A stretch of 64,000 nt of DNA from Fimicolochytrium jonesii (Eukaryota), in the NCBI RefSeq assembly GCF_025526975.1, contig NW_026515670.1, positions 1,302,001 to 1,366,000 on the forward strand. The letters run 5' to 3'. Positions 37,005 through 52,200 of the stretch are shown here, piece by piece (position 1 is the first letter of the stretch; each line of letters opens with the position of its first letter). A program made the position numbers and the translations under genes. Under the pieces are notes generated by a model. It saw nothing but the letters and a program-made list of their open reading frames with translations, ran no database searches and was not told the DNA's origin.

Positions 37005-39733
37005 TCACACCCCCATCCTCCGCCCCCCATCCTCCGACCCCCCTTCACTCCCCCCATCCCCCTCCCTCGGCGCCCCCATCCCAAAATTCCACTCCCCCTC
37101 ACTCAAATCATCCCCATCGCTATCCACCGCGCTCACATCCAACGATGCGTCCTCCACGACCTGCGCGGGAGATGCCTCGCCTGCAGTGGCGGTCCCAACA
37201 CCCGCCCCACTCGACGAAGCCCGTCCCAACCCCGTCCAGTCACCTCTCAAAATCGCGCTCCCCCACCTCCTCGCCGTCGACGGGTTCACGGCGACTTCGT
37301 TCACGTGGCGGATGGGGTTGGGCGGGTTATACGCACTTGCGGTGTTGGTGGGGTGGCCGGTGAGGATGCTGGCGATGTCCCTGTGGCCGGGTGATCGGTG
37401 GAGTGTGCGCGCGATGTGGCCGACGTGGCCCGAGTCGTGCCGGGGCATCACGGGCTCTGTCGCTGCCGCGGGCGGGGTGGGATCGCTGGGCGGGGCGTGG
37501 ATCTGTCGAGGCTGGGTCTGATCCTGATTGTGAGTCGAATCGGAGGCCACGCGGTGTTGGCGATGGTGTTGCAGAAACCCGAAGAGACGGGGGTCCACGG
37601 CGCCGTGGGTGGGCGCGGGCTCGATGATGTCTTCCGGGGCGGCGCGCGGCACCGTGGCGGGGATGTGGGTGGAGAAGGGCGTGCAGAGACGGGAGATTTG
37701 GGCGAGGTTGGTGTCGAGGAGGGTGAGGAAGGATGGGTCGGGGCATAATTTCATTTTCTGAGAAAAAAAAAAGAAACCAGAAAAAGGCAAAGGAGATGTC
37801 AATATCTCATATAGTGTGAAGTGGAAGTAGGAAGTGAGGAAGGAGACGCTTACCGCAACAATATCGTTCATCCCGGCCTTCTCAAACAGCATCCCCCGGA
37901 TCCAGCTCCGCTCGCTCGGCGGCGCATACCGTATCATCCCCACCATGAACCTCACATTCGCTTCCAGGAACACCACCACGCCTACATCGCTCCCATGTAC
38001 CTCCTCCCCCGTCTTCGCCGACACGGTGCGCGCGGGGGAGGAGAACCCTTTCGCCGCGGCCCCACTGCTCCGTTTGAGTTTCTCGTAAATCTCTTTACGA
38101 CGCGTATATGCGCCCGTCCACCGCGCGGCACGCTCGAGGACCACCCGCTGGAGCGTCACCGTCCACGGGCGGAGGGTGTTGGGCACCACCATGAACCTGC
38201 TCGGGGAGCGGAACTCGATATCCCCCTCGCTCAACCCCGCGACGGTATCCAGGGCGCGCATGCAGGCGTCCCAGGCGCCGCCTTCAATCGCGGTGGTGAG
38301 CAGCTGCAGGCCGAGGGTGCGGTCGGCGAGCGGTGGCGCGTGCGCGGAGGGGCTGTAGGGCGTGGGTTCGGGGGTGTCGGAGGTGGGTTGGAAGGGTTGT
38401 TTGCGGCGGGTCACTGAAAATCTTCGGCCGGGGGTTTGTGCGTCTGCGACGGGTGCCGGTTGTGACGCGCTGGAGGGGGATGCTGAGGTGTTGGAGCTTG
38501 CAGTGGGCGCGGCTAAGCTCCCCACCTGGAGCAGTATCCCGCTCTCCCCGCCCGCGACGCACCGAGTGTAGTGGTCCGCATGGTGGTGGTGGGCGCGCCA
38601 CCAGCCGAAGAGGGTTTTGTTGAGGTGGCAGATGATGGTCGGGGTGCGGGTGAGGTAGGTGAAGGTTAAAGGGAGTTTGAGAAGGCCTTGGAGGATGCGG
38701 AGGAGTTCGAGGTGGAGGGCCCAGTCTAGGGGATGTCTGGTGGGAGTAAAGGGGTGGTGTGAGTTTTTGTGCGCTGATCTCATGCAACACGATGCATTAG
38801 ATACGGTTCTTCCACTTACTTCCTCGGCTTGCCCGCAAGATGCGCCATAAGGTTACTCATACATTGCAACCCATCCGCCTCCAAAAACGTCTCACACCAC
38901 CTTTAAAAAGAAACACGCCAAACAAAACATCAATCTCCCATCCCGCTGAATCTCACACTCTCAAACATATAACCATACCTTGGCAACTCACACCAAACAC
39001 AAACCCGCAACTCCCTCACAGCCTCCACCACCCTCCTCCCAACCACAACCTCCTCCAAACACTCGCTCACCACCCGTGCCAGAAACGCTACCCACGCTTG
39101 CGGCGTCTCCGGCTTACATTCCATCCAGCCACTGCAGTCACTGCCCGCTGTTGAGGTGATTGAAGAGTGGGATTGGCTGCGGCTGACAGGGAGGGGGGTG
39201 TGGGGGGAGAGGGAGGAAGCGTGATGGATTGGGGAAAGGGAGCATTTGGATTTGGAGAAGAGGTCTGGGGAGGATTTGGCGCGGTAGGCGCGGACGAGGT
39301 CCCATTTGGATTCGGTGGTTAGGTGCGTGGGGAGAGTGGGGGCGCGGGTGGGGGTCGTAGGGACTAGGGAGGACTATTCACAATCGCAGAGTAGTTAGTG
39401 GCTGAGCCCCGTCGTCGAGAGCACTCTGTGGATATTTTGACGAAAAACTCTTACCATAATCTCATCGAACCACCCATCGACGACATCCTTATCGGGGATC
39501 CCATCCGCGGCCCTCGCCACGCCGTTCTGATACCCCCCATGCATTCCACCTCCATGGCTCAGTGCATGTCCACCGTCTTTCTTCAACCCGGCTTCCACGA
39601 TCCGGTGGTCGTTGTCGCTGCTGTTGGCGGTCACGGCGTGCGTGAGGGTCGAGTCCTTGATGGAGCGGCGGCGGGGTGTGCTGCCAGGGGTTTGGGTTGT
39701 GGGGTTGACCGTGGGGGGGCGGAAGAAGGGCAT
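37005..39733 (-). CDS. Diaphanous GTPase-binding (GBD/FH3-like) domain protein without FH1/FH2
   Basis: PDKDVVDGWFDEIM...ESKWDLVR, VRELRVCV...WCETFLEADGL and LHLELLRILQGLL resemble the formin GBD; helical repeats follow. Confidence 0.55.
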
Positions 39734-40922
39734 GACGGGCTGGGTCGAGGGCTGGAAGTTGGGGTTTTGGTGGTGGGTTGGAAGGCACTGGTCGGCTTGA
39801 TGGGGTGTTCGGGGCTATCAGGCTCGGAGTTTAGAAGCTCTGTTGTTCGTGGTACCTATCGAAGCGAACGAATCCGACTTTTCAACCAATAAGGTGCGAC
39901 AACTTCGAGCTTGTCCTCTCGCGGATATTCGTGTCAAATCGTAGGAGACAAAGCCGAAAGAAAAAGCCGACTCCTCGTATTCCTTCTAGATTGTCGTTGG
40001 TGTGAACAGCGAGAGCGCTAACCAGCTACGTAATTCCGGGTGAAGGATCTGCAGGCGAAAACCGTATAAATAACGAAAAAACAAGAGTTAATCATGAGTT
40101 ATCATGAATCATGAGTTAATGCGAGTCAAGCTTTAGTGCTTCTTCCGCCGCATTCGTCATAGCTGACATATAGTGGCCTTCAGCGAAGCCCGGCTATGTG
40201 GTGGTTGTTCTTAGGGTCAATCCACGCAGTGCGTCGGCGATAACTTTAAGTCTAATGTCTATTGCTGCTCTCGGCGAACGCGGCCCGGTTGCCTGAGGCT
40301 TTTCGCGCCCATTCCCAATGGCCCCCTTCCTTCCGTGAGCGCCCTGTTGTCTGGGAGTCGAACGGTCTATATCTTACCTAGTTGATATCGTTCGCTAACT
40401 GACAGCGAGAAGGCGCTCTGAAAGGGGTATGCAGCGCGGCCGAACGGACTTACTGGCGGAGCCCAATGTGGGGCTTAGATGTAGAGCGTACTATAGCAAG
40501 AGCTTTTCCAAACTGACTGAATGTCTGCCGCTGGGAGGGAGCGAAACGGGCGGGAATCTCTGAGATGTGCCTTTGCAATGAAGTGAGCCAGGGCTCCTCT
40601 CCCAGGTGTGTTGTGTGTTGGTTTGCACGCGGAGTTGCTTATGCCAAATGACGGGATGCTTATGCTGTCATTCTCGCTCGGCGATGAGTCACCCGCCCGT
40701 CATTCGAGAGCTCTCTCTCTCTCTCTCTCTCTGTGTCAACCAAGATATCCAAGTACAGTATCATCACCCCAAGTGCCGCTGCATATACATAGAAGCAATA
40801 CAGACTCCCTCAACACCCTTCAGTAGAGCAACATATACAAATAGATGCTTACAACCATATACAATAGATTGAGAAGAACCACACTTACACCCCCCCGCAA
40901 TCGCACACCACACAAACTCAAA

Positions 40923-42147
40923 ATGTCAACTTCCACCCGCTTGTTCGTCGGAAACCTCAACTTCGACACAACCGACGAGGGTCTATCTAGTCACTTTCCG
41001 AAGAGTCTCAAGGCATTTGTTGTTAGGGAAAGGGAGAATGGTAAGTTCTGAATTGCTTTCACAGTGGGACTCGCAGGCAGGTTTGCTTATATCGACTCTC
41101 TTCACTACAGCACGCTCACGAGGCTTCGGGTTCGTCTCATACGCCACATCCGCAGAAGCAGAGTCAGCCGCCAAAGGGCTACACGGCACAATCCTGGACG
41201 GCCGTGAATTGACCGTGCGGATAGAGTCGCCCAAAGCAACCGGCGGGTCCCCATCCCCAAAACCATCACCAAAACCTCAAAAGACCCCCACCAAACCCTC
41301 AAAAGACCCCAAACCCTTCCCCATCCACCCCGTCCCCCACCCCCTCGTGGACATTGGCGCCAACCTCACCAACCGCACCCTAGCCCCGCACATTGACGCC
41401 ATCCTCGCCCAATCCGCCGCCGCCAACGTCAAAACGATCTTGATCACGGGAACCTCCCTGAAAGCTTCCAAAGAGGCTCTGCAGATGTGTATAGCGCAGG
41501 GAGATAACATCCATGGAGTGAAACTGTACGCAACGGCGGGCGTACACCCCCACGACGCATCGCACACCATCAAATCCGGGCCCGGGTGGATAACCCAACT
41601 CGAGACACTGATCACGGAAAACAAACCCCACATCAAAGCAGTAGGCGAATGCGGCCTCGACTACGACCGCAACTTCTCCACCCCCGCCGACCAACTCACC
41701 GTCTTTGAAGCCCAGCTGCACCTCGCGCAGAAACTCGCCCTGCCCGTGTTCCTACACAACCGTGACGCGCACGACGATTTTTTGAGGTTACTGAGGAAAT
41801 ACCCCTCCGTCCGCGCCTGCGTGCACTGCTACACCGACGACGACGCCTCCCATCTCCAAGCATACATCGACGCAGGGTACTACATCGGTATCACGGGCTG
41901 GGTATGCGACGAGCGACGCGGACTGAAACTGGCCGAGATCATCCACAAGATCCCGATGGGGCAGTTGATGGTCGAGACGGACGCGCCGTACCTTCTGCCG
42001 CGGAATGTGGTGGGGCGGAAGGTGAAGCAGAATGAGCCGGGGTTGTTGGGGTGGGTTGTCAAGAAGGTCGCGGAGTGTTATGGGTGCGAGGGGGCGGAGG
42101 TTGCTAGGAGGACTACGGAGAATGCTGAGAGGTTTTTTGGGATTTGA
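40923..42147 (+). CDS. RRM-TatD nuclease fusion protein, 2 exons
   Basis: RNP2 LFVGNL and RNP1 RGFGFVSY, with intron 41041-41110 in phase. A Pro/Lys linker leads in the same ORF to TatD motifs DIGANLT, AGVHPH, GECGLD, FLHNRDAH, VHCYT and VETDAPY. Confidence 0.9.
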
Positions 42148-42355
42148 AATAGGAGTGCTTTTTTCCTAAGTACCTGTTTGTGCTATATACATTATGTAGA
42201 TGATATCCGGAGATGTGTCTGTGGGACACTGCTACAGAACTAACCTCTAATATACGCCGATTCTATCATGCGATCGTTCGGTGCGGGTCGCAAGGTGGGG
42301 AGAATCCAGCTCCCCCGCCTTACTTTTCATTTGCCCGGTAACCGATACACCCCAA

Positions 42356-44129
<1,774 letters not shown>

Positions 44130-44766
44130 TGTTGTTGTTGTTGTTTCTGTATAGGACAAGGGGAGGTCGAAGCACTGGAAAGTGCTTGGTTCGAAAGCAG
44201 GGTCGAAAGGCAGTGGGGTAAAAAGTTGTGGATTGCGGCGTGCGGTCGGTCGGAGGCCCTTCGCTTCTGCCTTCGCTTGGCGCGGCGTGTCTTGTCTGTC
44301 TTGTCCGAAAGCCGAAAGCCGCAAGGGAGAGAGACTCGAGAGAGACTTTAGAGAGAGAGAGACAAGGCGGAACTGGAGAACTCGCGCGCGGTGCAACTTG
44401 CAAGTCTTCAACCCTTCGCATCCGTCCTTGCACTTGTTCGCTCGCTCGGGCACAACTATTCCCTCGGCCCCTAACAACACACCCAAATACTGTACAAGAT
44501 CCCGCAACAGTCCTGCTCCTACGAAGAAGGGCTTGCGATTTTCACTTGTACAGGGTCATAGTCTTGCCGCATCACAGCGGGTCGCGGACACTCACTCACT
44601 CGGAGAAGGCTGCGAATTGGAAAGCGGAGGGAAGCTGAACAGGACGAAGGGGGGGGAAGCGGTTCTCACGAATACAGAAAGGCAACAGCAGAGCAGTTCT
44701 CGTTGGAACAGTCCCGTCTCCTGGAAGGGTGTAGACAACACGTCGCTCGGCTCGAGTACCAGAGGG

Positions 44767-47700
44767 ATGACCGCCTCGTACGGCCTCTTCGATCTTGACG
44801 AGACTATAGACAGGCAAGATCCCCGGGAAAAGGTACTCCCTTCAAACCAAAAACCAGGCATCAAGCATCAGACTATCAACTAAACAGAGCTGGGCTACGA
44901 ACTTGAAGGAGTTGTTGATAGGCTACGACTTCACAAAGCACCTGCGGAGTAATCGAAGTGATGGGGACTTCATGGGATTACTCCATGAACGAGTAAGCGT
45001 AGATGTGCTTTATTCTATAGAGACCGATGAAGGACGTAGGGTTCACACATATACACGTTTGCAGATAGGAGATAACGCAGAAAAAGTGTATAATGGGCTT
45101 CTGTACAGTATTCTTACCGATGCGCAATCGCAGAGAGTATGTCCATTTGATTCACGATGTTGTGCGGACGAGCTTCCCTCCTGAATATTGTTATTGTTCT
45201 TTTAGTACCTGAAACTGCTGGGGTTGGTGGTCACGGACCATTTCCGGCACGTCATTAGCAAGCTGCACAGTCTTGTCGATGATGCGGATTTGGTGCGGTG
45301 TCGCCCGTTCCGGAGATTGCGGCCATATGCAAGGGCAAAGGTGGGGTTGCCCGTCTTTCCCTTCTCACTCGAATGAGCGAGGTCTGACACTGACCCAAGA
45401 TCTTCCGTAGATCATGGATATTGTATCCCACATCGCCGAGGTGCATGTCGAAAGCCTGCAATCCCTTTTAATTGCACTGATACGGCAGATCAAAGGTAAT
45501 GGATGACCTCGCACGGGCATCCGTCAAGCATGCAGCAGCTAAGTCGTTTGAACAGGCAGCGATTATAGTCCAGAAAACATCGCCCTAGCAAAATCCATCA
45601 TCACAATCCTCGGAAAGCACTGGTACGGATATACATACCCACCTATTATATCCCAAAGCCTCACTAAATGTAAAACCCACAGGCAACGCATCCCCCCCAA
45701 CTCCGACCTGATCCCCGTCTCAGTCTTCTCCTTCCTCCGCCTGATCGCCGACCACAGCAAGGAAACCACCCTCCGCCAACTGGAAGTGGATTATGTATGC
45801 CTGATGCTTCGGAATCGCGTAGGTTTGCATCTCTCAACACGTAGAAGAAATCATCTAGCGATGGGCTTACTGTTTTGCAGTTCAGAGATTGTGCACGGAT
45901 AGGAAGAGACCTGTTACGGGTTATTGTCGCGGTATCGCAGATTCCGCAGATTGATGGTATCGTGAACGATATGTTCAACGCACCGAGGCAGCTTGACCCG
46001 GTTCTGGATGGTAAGTTACTTCGCAGCGGTGGGTCCCTTGGTGTAAAACGGTGTCTCTGACGGTCTTTATCAGTGAGGCAGATATTAGCGACCCAAACCC
46101 CGCCGTTTGTGATTGCGCAACGAGTGACGCCTGAGATGGATATCAAGATGCGGTTCATATTAGACCGAGTATGTATTAGCACTTCGGTTTCGTATATACC
46201 AAGTGTTTCATCTGCTCACCTGTAAGTCATCCCCACAGGTAAAATCATCCGTCCGAAAAACAGCACTCAGCAACTTCCGCACCACCCTCCTCTCCGGGGC
46301 AGCACCGCAAACGGAATCAGGCGAACTGATATTCGCAGACGTCATCCGGTTCATATGCGCGAGCATACAGCCACCGAACCATATCCTGGACTCGAATATC
46401 GTGCAGAGATGGGAGGTTGTGCTGTTTTTGTTGGGACAAATCAGGGTATGTGTTCATGCAGATGTACAATGAGTATGTCACCTGAGAAATTCTGATGTCG
46501 GCTGGCGTTTGTTAGGACCCCGTCGCACTCCAAGACGCAAAACTCACCCTCTTCTTCGATTGGCTCTGCTGGACCGCAGGCGACAACATCATGTACATAG
46601 GTACCGTCCTCAACCCCCCTCCTCCCTCACAAACTCCGCATCTCACCCACATTCCCACCTCATTAGAACCCGGCATGCTACTAATAGAAAAGGGCGCCCA
46701 AGCCTCCGGCGACCGCACCATCGCTGCCGACCTGATCGAGTTTTTATCAATCATGGTCGACCGCTGGCTACCCCCCTATGCGGTGGAGATGAGGGAGAAT
46801 ATGAATGCTGCGATGGGGTTGTTGTTGCTACATAAGGTTACCCCGTAAGTTATACATCTCTGCTCTTTGATTTTGATTGTGTTGCGAGGGCGAGACTGAC
46901 GTGTGAAAGGGTAGATCACTGAAACGACTACATGAGATTAACGGATGGGACGAGGTGACGGTCCGGCAGTGGAAGAGTTTGTTTCCGAGGCTTGCGGGGG
47001 TGGAGGAGCGAACGACAATTGGGCCGTCGAGAGCTGTTACGGTTGCTGTCCAAGAACCCCCGCAGGTAAAGGCACTGCGAGAATCGATTTTACCCGTCTG
47101 GGTTGCTCACCTTCTCTCTCTCTCCACACAACAAGCCGCCGACGAAGCCACCAGTACCCGCGCCACCGAGTGCTCCCAAATCAGGTAAGCGCGTGGGTCG
47201 GTGCAGGTCCTCAAACCGCTCACGGAAACTAACTCTCCCAAATAAGACATAACACCACAAGACCATTTCCTCCAACTCATCACAAAAGCCAATTCCGCCC
47301 CGTCCCACATCGCATCCCCGGTTTATCGCGCCATTGTCGAGATGTTTGCCGAGAGTGTAACGTCCCCCTCTTCCCGTCATTCCATCAAACAACACAATAT
47401 ACTCACACCGGAAAAACAGCCAGGTCTAGCCACCCGCGCATGCACGGATGCGCTCTTGCCGATCAGGACATCAGCGCTGCTGGAGCATATCGTGCACGTG
47501 TACACGCACTCCACGTCGGCGACGGCGAAAGATCAGTTGTTGAATCTGATGCAGATGCCGTGGAAGCATACGGAGAGTAGTGCGGTTTTGTGTGCTCAAG
47601 TGTTATCGTAAGTCCCCCTCAACTCCCCAACGCAAAAGGTTTTGCGATTGTCTTTCTGATGGTTCGTTTAGGTCCTTCACACCCCCGTATCAGACCTTCT

Positions 47701-48565
47701 ACCGCGCCCTCGCCACCCACCTCCAAACACCCTTCGCCGAGCAGCTCCTGCAGGACCTTCAGGTCCTCCACGAGGAGAAGACAGACGAGTTCTACGCGAC
47801 GCTGCTGAGAAATGCTTGTAGAGTGTTTGCGAAGGAGTGTCACGGGAATAAGGCGTTGATGGGGTTGGTGCTGGGGTTGATGGATTTTGCGATTGTGGGT
47901 AGTGGGGGTCGTGGGGGTAGTGTTTGGGTGGTTTGGATGGTGGAAATTGACTGACCTTTTTTGGTTCATGTAGGCACGGGACCTCTGTGATGCCTTGTTC
48001 AAGCGAGAGTTTCTACTGTTTGGGACGGCCGATCTTACCGAGTTGTTTCGTATGTATCGCCCTCATGGAGGCAGAACCTGAACCGAAATATCTGATTGCG
48101 CGCGTTGTCTCATCGAACTATTCTCTGCGTTAGGCCACTCTGTGTCAGAATGGGACGAGATCACAAACACGTTCCTGTGGAAACTGATCATCGCCGAGAA
48201 GCGGGGTCGGCAGCAGGAGATTGATGAGATTTGCAGGGTTCTCGCTACGATCGACATCGCCGGTAAGCCTCCTCGTTCCACCCTTTTACCTCGGTCCGCA
48301 TCCCCCAACTCACTGTTTTCCCATCACCTCCCCTCCCCCCCTAGCCTCCCCCTCCACAACCGACGCCCTGGCAACCCTCCTCCTCACCACCTTCCCCACC
48401 GCGCAACAGATCCGCACAGCCGCATCCCAGCAGGGAGTGAACGGCAAGATGATTGTACAGGGGTGGCTGGCGATCGTGGACCGCGCCGCGTTTCTGGAGC
48501 TGTTGAGGCATATGGAGAGGGAGGAGAGTGCGTCGGTTATGGATCGGATTAGGGAGTATTTGTGA
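44767..48565 (+). CDS. INTS3: Integrator complex subunit 3 / SOSS-A
   Basis: FRDCARIGRDLLRV, ADVIRFIC...PPNHILDSNIVQRW, AKLTLFFDWL...DNIMYIEPGML and EWDEITNTFLWKL across many short exons. Confidence 0.85.
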
Positions 48566-49241
48566 GGTGCTTAAGGGATAGATAGCCCCCCCGTTCTCGT
48601 ATATATTTCATACTTGCATCTTTTTTCCCCCCAAATGTGGGTTATGCAACCCCTCGAATATCCCTCGGTTTTCAACAGGGGAGAAATGCGCCGTCATGCA
48701 GTTGCCGCTGAGGGTTTTTCCAGGCAGGAGCTTTCAAGGGGGGTCGGGAAGGGCCGATCTTGCAAATGTCAACGTAAGCTCGGGAACCGCGACGCGTAGC
48801 GATTGGAAAGAACGAGAAGACGGGTGTACGCGCGTGGGAATCGGGAACTATCCAAGAAATCGGGGAACTATCAAGCGCAAGGCCACACAAAAAAAAGGAG
48901 CATCACAACCCATCAATAATCAATATTGAAACGAACGCCCCAACCGCCCTAATAAGCCACGCAAATGCAGTGTGTATAACAAACAAAAAAGGCCAATCAA
49001 TCAAAACAAAAACGGGGGGGGCGAAGCAAAAAAAAAAGAAGGGGGGGTGTAAGAAGTACTGTATTTCCTTTGCGGGATGGGGATGCTGGGGAGGCCGTAG
49101 CAGTGAGGTGTGTCGTGCGTGTGTGTGGGGTCTCCCGCTGAAGAGGTCAAAAAGACACACTATTGGGGGCGCATCGTTTGGGTGTATGTGTTTGGGTTGC
49201 GCGCGGCGTGCTGTGTGTGTGTGTGTGTGCGTGTGTGTGTG

Positions 49242-52200
49242 TTATGTGTGTGGCAAAATGAGGTCAACTTGTCCCGTTCCTGTGTTGTTTCTGGAGATCT
49301 CGAACCGGGGGCTACCGACTGGCCCCACCACCAGCGGTCTCGATCCTGGCCACCCCGCCCTGCTGCACTTCGGTGGGTGTGACGACGACATTGCGGGTTC
49401 GGCCTAGTTGCTATAAAAACCCCGCCCAAAAAAAAAACGCGCCCCGTAAATCACACCGCACATACCCAATGGGAGAATTTTTTTGTTTGGACTTACCGAA
49501 CCACCCCCCCTCTGATGCCCCACGCCCACCATCTGCGCCTTCCCCTCACCCAACCCGTCGCGCACCTCCCTCCCCTCCCTCCCCCCATTTATACTCTGCC
49601 CTGAGCTATTGAACCCCTGGTGGTGGTTAGGGTGGTGGTGGTTATCAGACCGTCCCAAGCGGTCGGAGATGGTCGTGTCGGATTTGAGGCGTTCTACCAT
49701 GCTTGGTGGGAGCTAAACCAAAAAAGAAAAACCGGGCGGACACAACACAAAAGAAAACGTCAATCATCAACCCCAAATAGAAAACAAATATGGGCAGTGT
49801 GTAAAAAAAGTGCGAGGGGTTTACAAACTCACCAACCACAACTCATCCTGAAACACCAGGATCATCCTAAACGCCTCCACAGCGAGTATATTCTCATCGT
49901 CCACCGCGTTCTTGCTCTTCGAATACAGCAGATTCGGCGTAATCACCGTCGCTAGGTTATCCAGGCCCATCTTGTTGCCTCCCACAACCACCGTCGATGT
50001 CGGGGTTATCGTCGTGGTCGTTGTCGTGTCTGTATGTGGTGGGACGTCCGTGTCGGTGTTGGATTCCGGATGGTGTTGGGAGGACGGCGTCTGTTGGGAA
50101 GATTGGGAGACCCCTTGGGAGAGGGGCGCCTCGACCTCGCAGAGCTCGGCGACTTCGCGGAGGAAGTAGGCGAGGACGGAGAGAACGTCGAGGTTGGGTT
50201 TGGGGAGCATGCAGCAGACGTAGTGGAGGGCTTCCTTCCTGCGGGCCGGAATCGCCATCTCTACAAAAAAAAACCATTCATAATCAATCCCAATCCCTCC
50301 CTCAAACAATCTTTCACAACCCTGGCCAGACGTACTCTGCGTAGCAATGAACAGCTTATGCAATTTCCACGTCAGCAGCGGTTCGGGCATATCCCGCAAA
50401 AACTTCTTGAGCAGCGCCGCGACCTGCACGGCGTGGTTGCCCGTGAGATCGATCGTCCGGGGGTCGCGGTCGATCTCGTCGGAGATGGTCTTGAGGTTGC
50501 GGATGTTGCCGTTTTTGCGGAAGATGCCTTCTACGCTGAGGTCTGAGGGGGGCCGTGATACGTGGATTTAGTGATTGTTTTGTGACGAGGGGTCTGATGA
50601 GACACCGGGTTCGATCCCGGACATTGTACTTACCCATGGTATGTAATGCCCTTATACACGAATCCACCAAAATCGGGATATGCAGCTGACCTGGCCTCGG
50701 CCCGAGCTCCGTATCCACTCCATACTTCTCCACAAGCGCTTCCAACGGCACTCCAAACGTCCCCTCTGCAAAAACAAAAAAAAAACGAAACCGTCAATAT
50801 CTCATCCCACCACCCTTTCCCATTCATACCAAACCCCCGGCTCGCAACCTCGCCGAACGCATAAAACGCACCTTTCGACCTCCCCGGCTTCCGAATAGCA
50901 TCCACCATCCTCCCCCACACACTCTGTTTCCTACTACACGCCACATCCATCAACTCCCCCAACGTAAACTGGTCCGCGACAAGTGGATGCAGCGCCTGCG
51001 CCGCAAGTTGGCGGACGGCCCAGTGGTCTAGGCCTGAGAGGTCCAGTAGCGAGGGTAAGTCGGTGGCGGGATCGCGAGGGGCTATGGGGTGTTTTTTCTT
51101 TTGTTTTGGGGCGAGGGAGGGGGCGTGGGTTATGGGCGTTTGGGTGAGGGTCGAGGTTGTGTCCAAAGGGGTGGAGGCTGAGAGGGGGGAGTGGGAGAAG
51201 GCTGCTGCTGCTGATGATTGTGACTTTGAAGGGATTGGTACGCCTGGACCAGCCAGGCTTTCGTCGTCGGATTTGGAGATACGGTCGCGGGAGGAGCCGC
51301 GGGAGGATGTTGTGCGGCGGATGTCGGAGGAGGGGACTGAGTCCCGAGTGTTTGCTTCGTCGGCGGGCGTGTCTTCGTCGCTGGAGAGACGGGAGGTGCG
51401 GTTGGGGTTTTTGCCGAGGGACTCCACTGTGGGATGAACAATCGGATCGTCAGCTCTCGAGTCACGTGCCAAAGTCAGTCCAACCGTACACTTACATTGG
51501 ATATCCATCAGCGCACACAACCTCTTCAACGCACACCTCAACAGAAAAATATACTGATCCAACTGTGTCACCCTCTCGAACCCCACCTCCGGGCGCTCCC
51601 TCCCCTTCGCATGCAGTTCACAAACCACCTTCCTACTGCTCCCATCCACCGCCGCTCCTCTAAACGCCCCTCTCAAATCCACATCACAGACTGCGCATCG
51701 GAAACACGGTACATGCCACCGATCGAATTTAAGGCGGAAGCATTCTTCTTCGATGGGCTGGTTGCAGGAGGCGCAGAGGTCCGGGTTTGGGTCGGGCCCG
51801 CAATCGTCGAGGACGTGTTGGGGTGCCGTAGTGAAGGGGGTTTGGGAGGAGGAGGCGAGGCGGTCGAGGAAGTCTGAAACGGCAGTTTTGACGGCGTGGT
51901 CTCGTTCCTAATTCATAGTGATTAGTTGACAATGCCTAAACCATTCGAGGCGAACGTAGGTATCCCCTCCGGCTGACTGAACGTACCAGCTTCAACGCCC
52001 CCGTCAACGCCGACCTAATAAGTATCTTCAACGTATGCGCCAAACTCGTCACAAGCGAAATCATCTCCTTGGTCGCCTCCTGCCTCGTCTCCGCATTCTC
52101 CTGCACATAACTCAACAACGAAAAGAAATGCACAATCTTCTTTGTCAGCTGCTTCGGCTCCTTCGAGTGTTGCAGGCCGGTGGTATCGCCCAGGGAGGTG

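Noticed and set aside
40420..40495. Resemblance to a group I intron R/S core
   Set aside because: The P7 strands do not pair and there is no host exon context.
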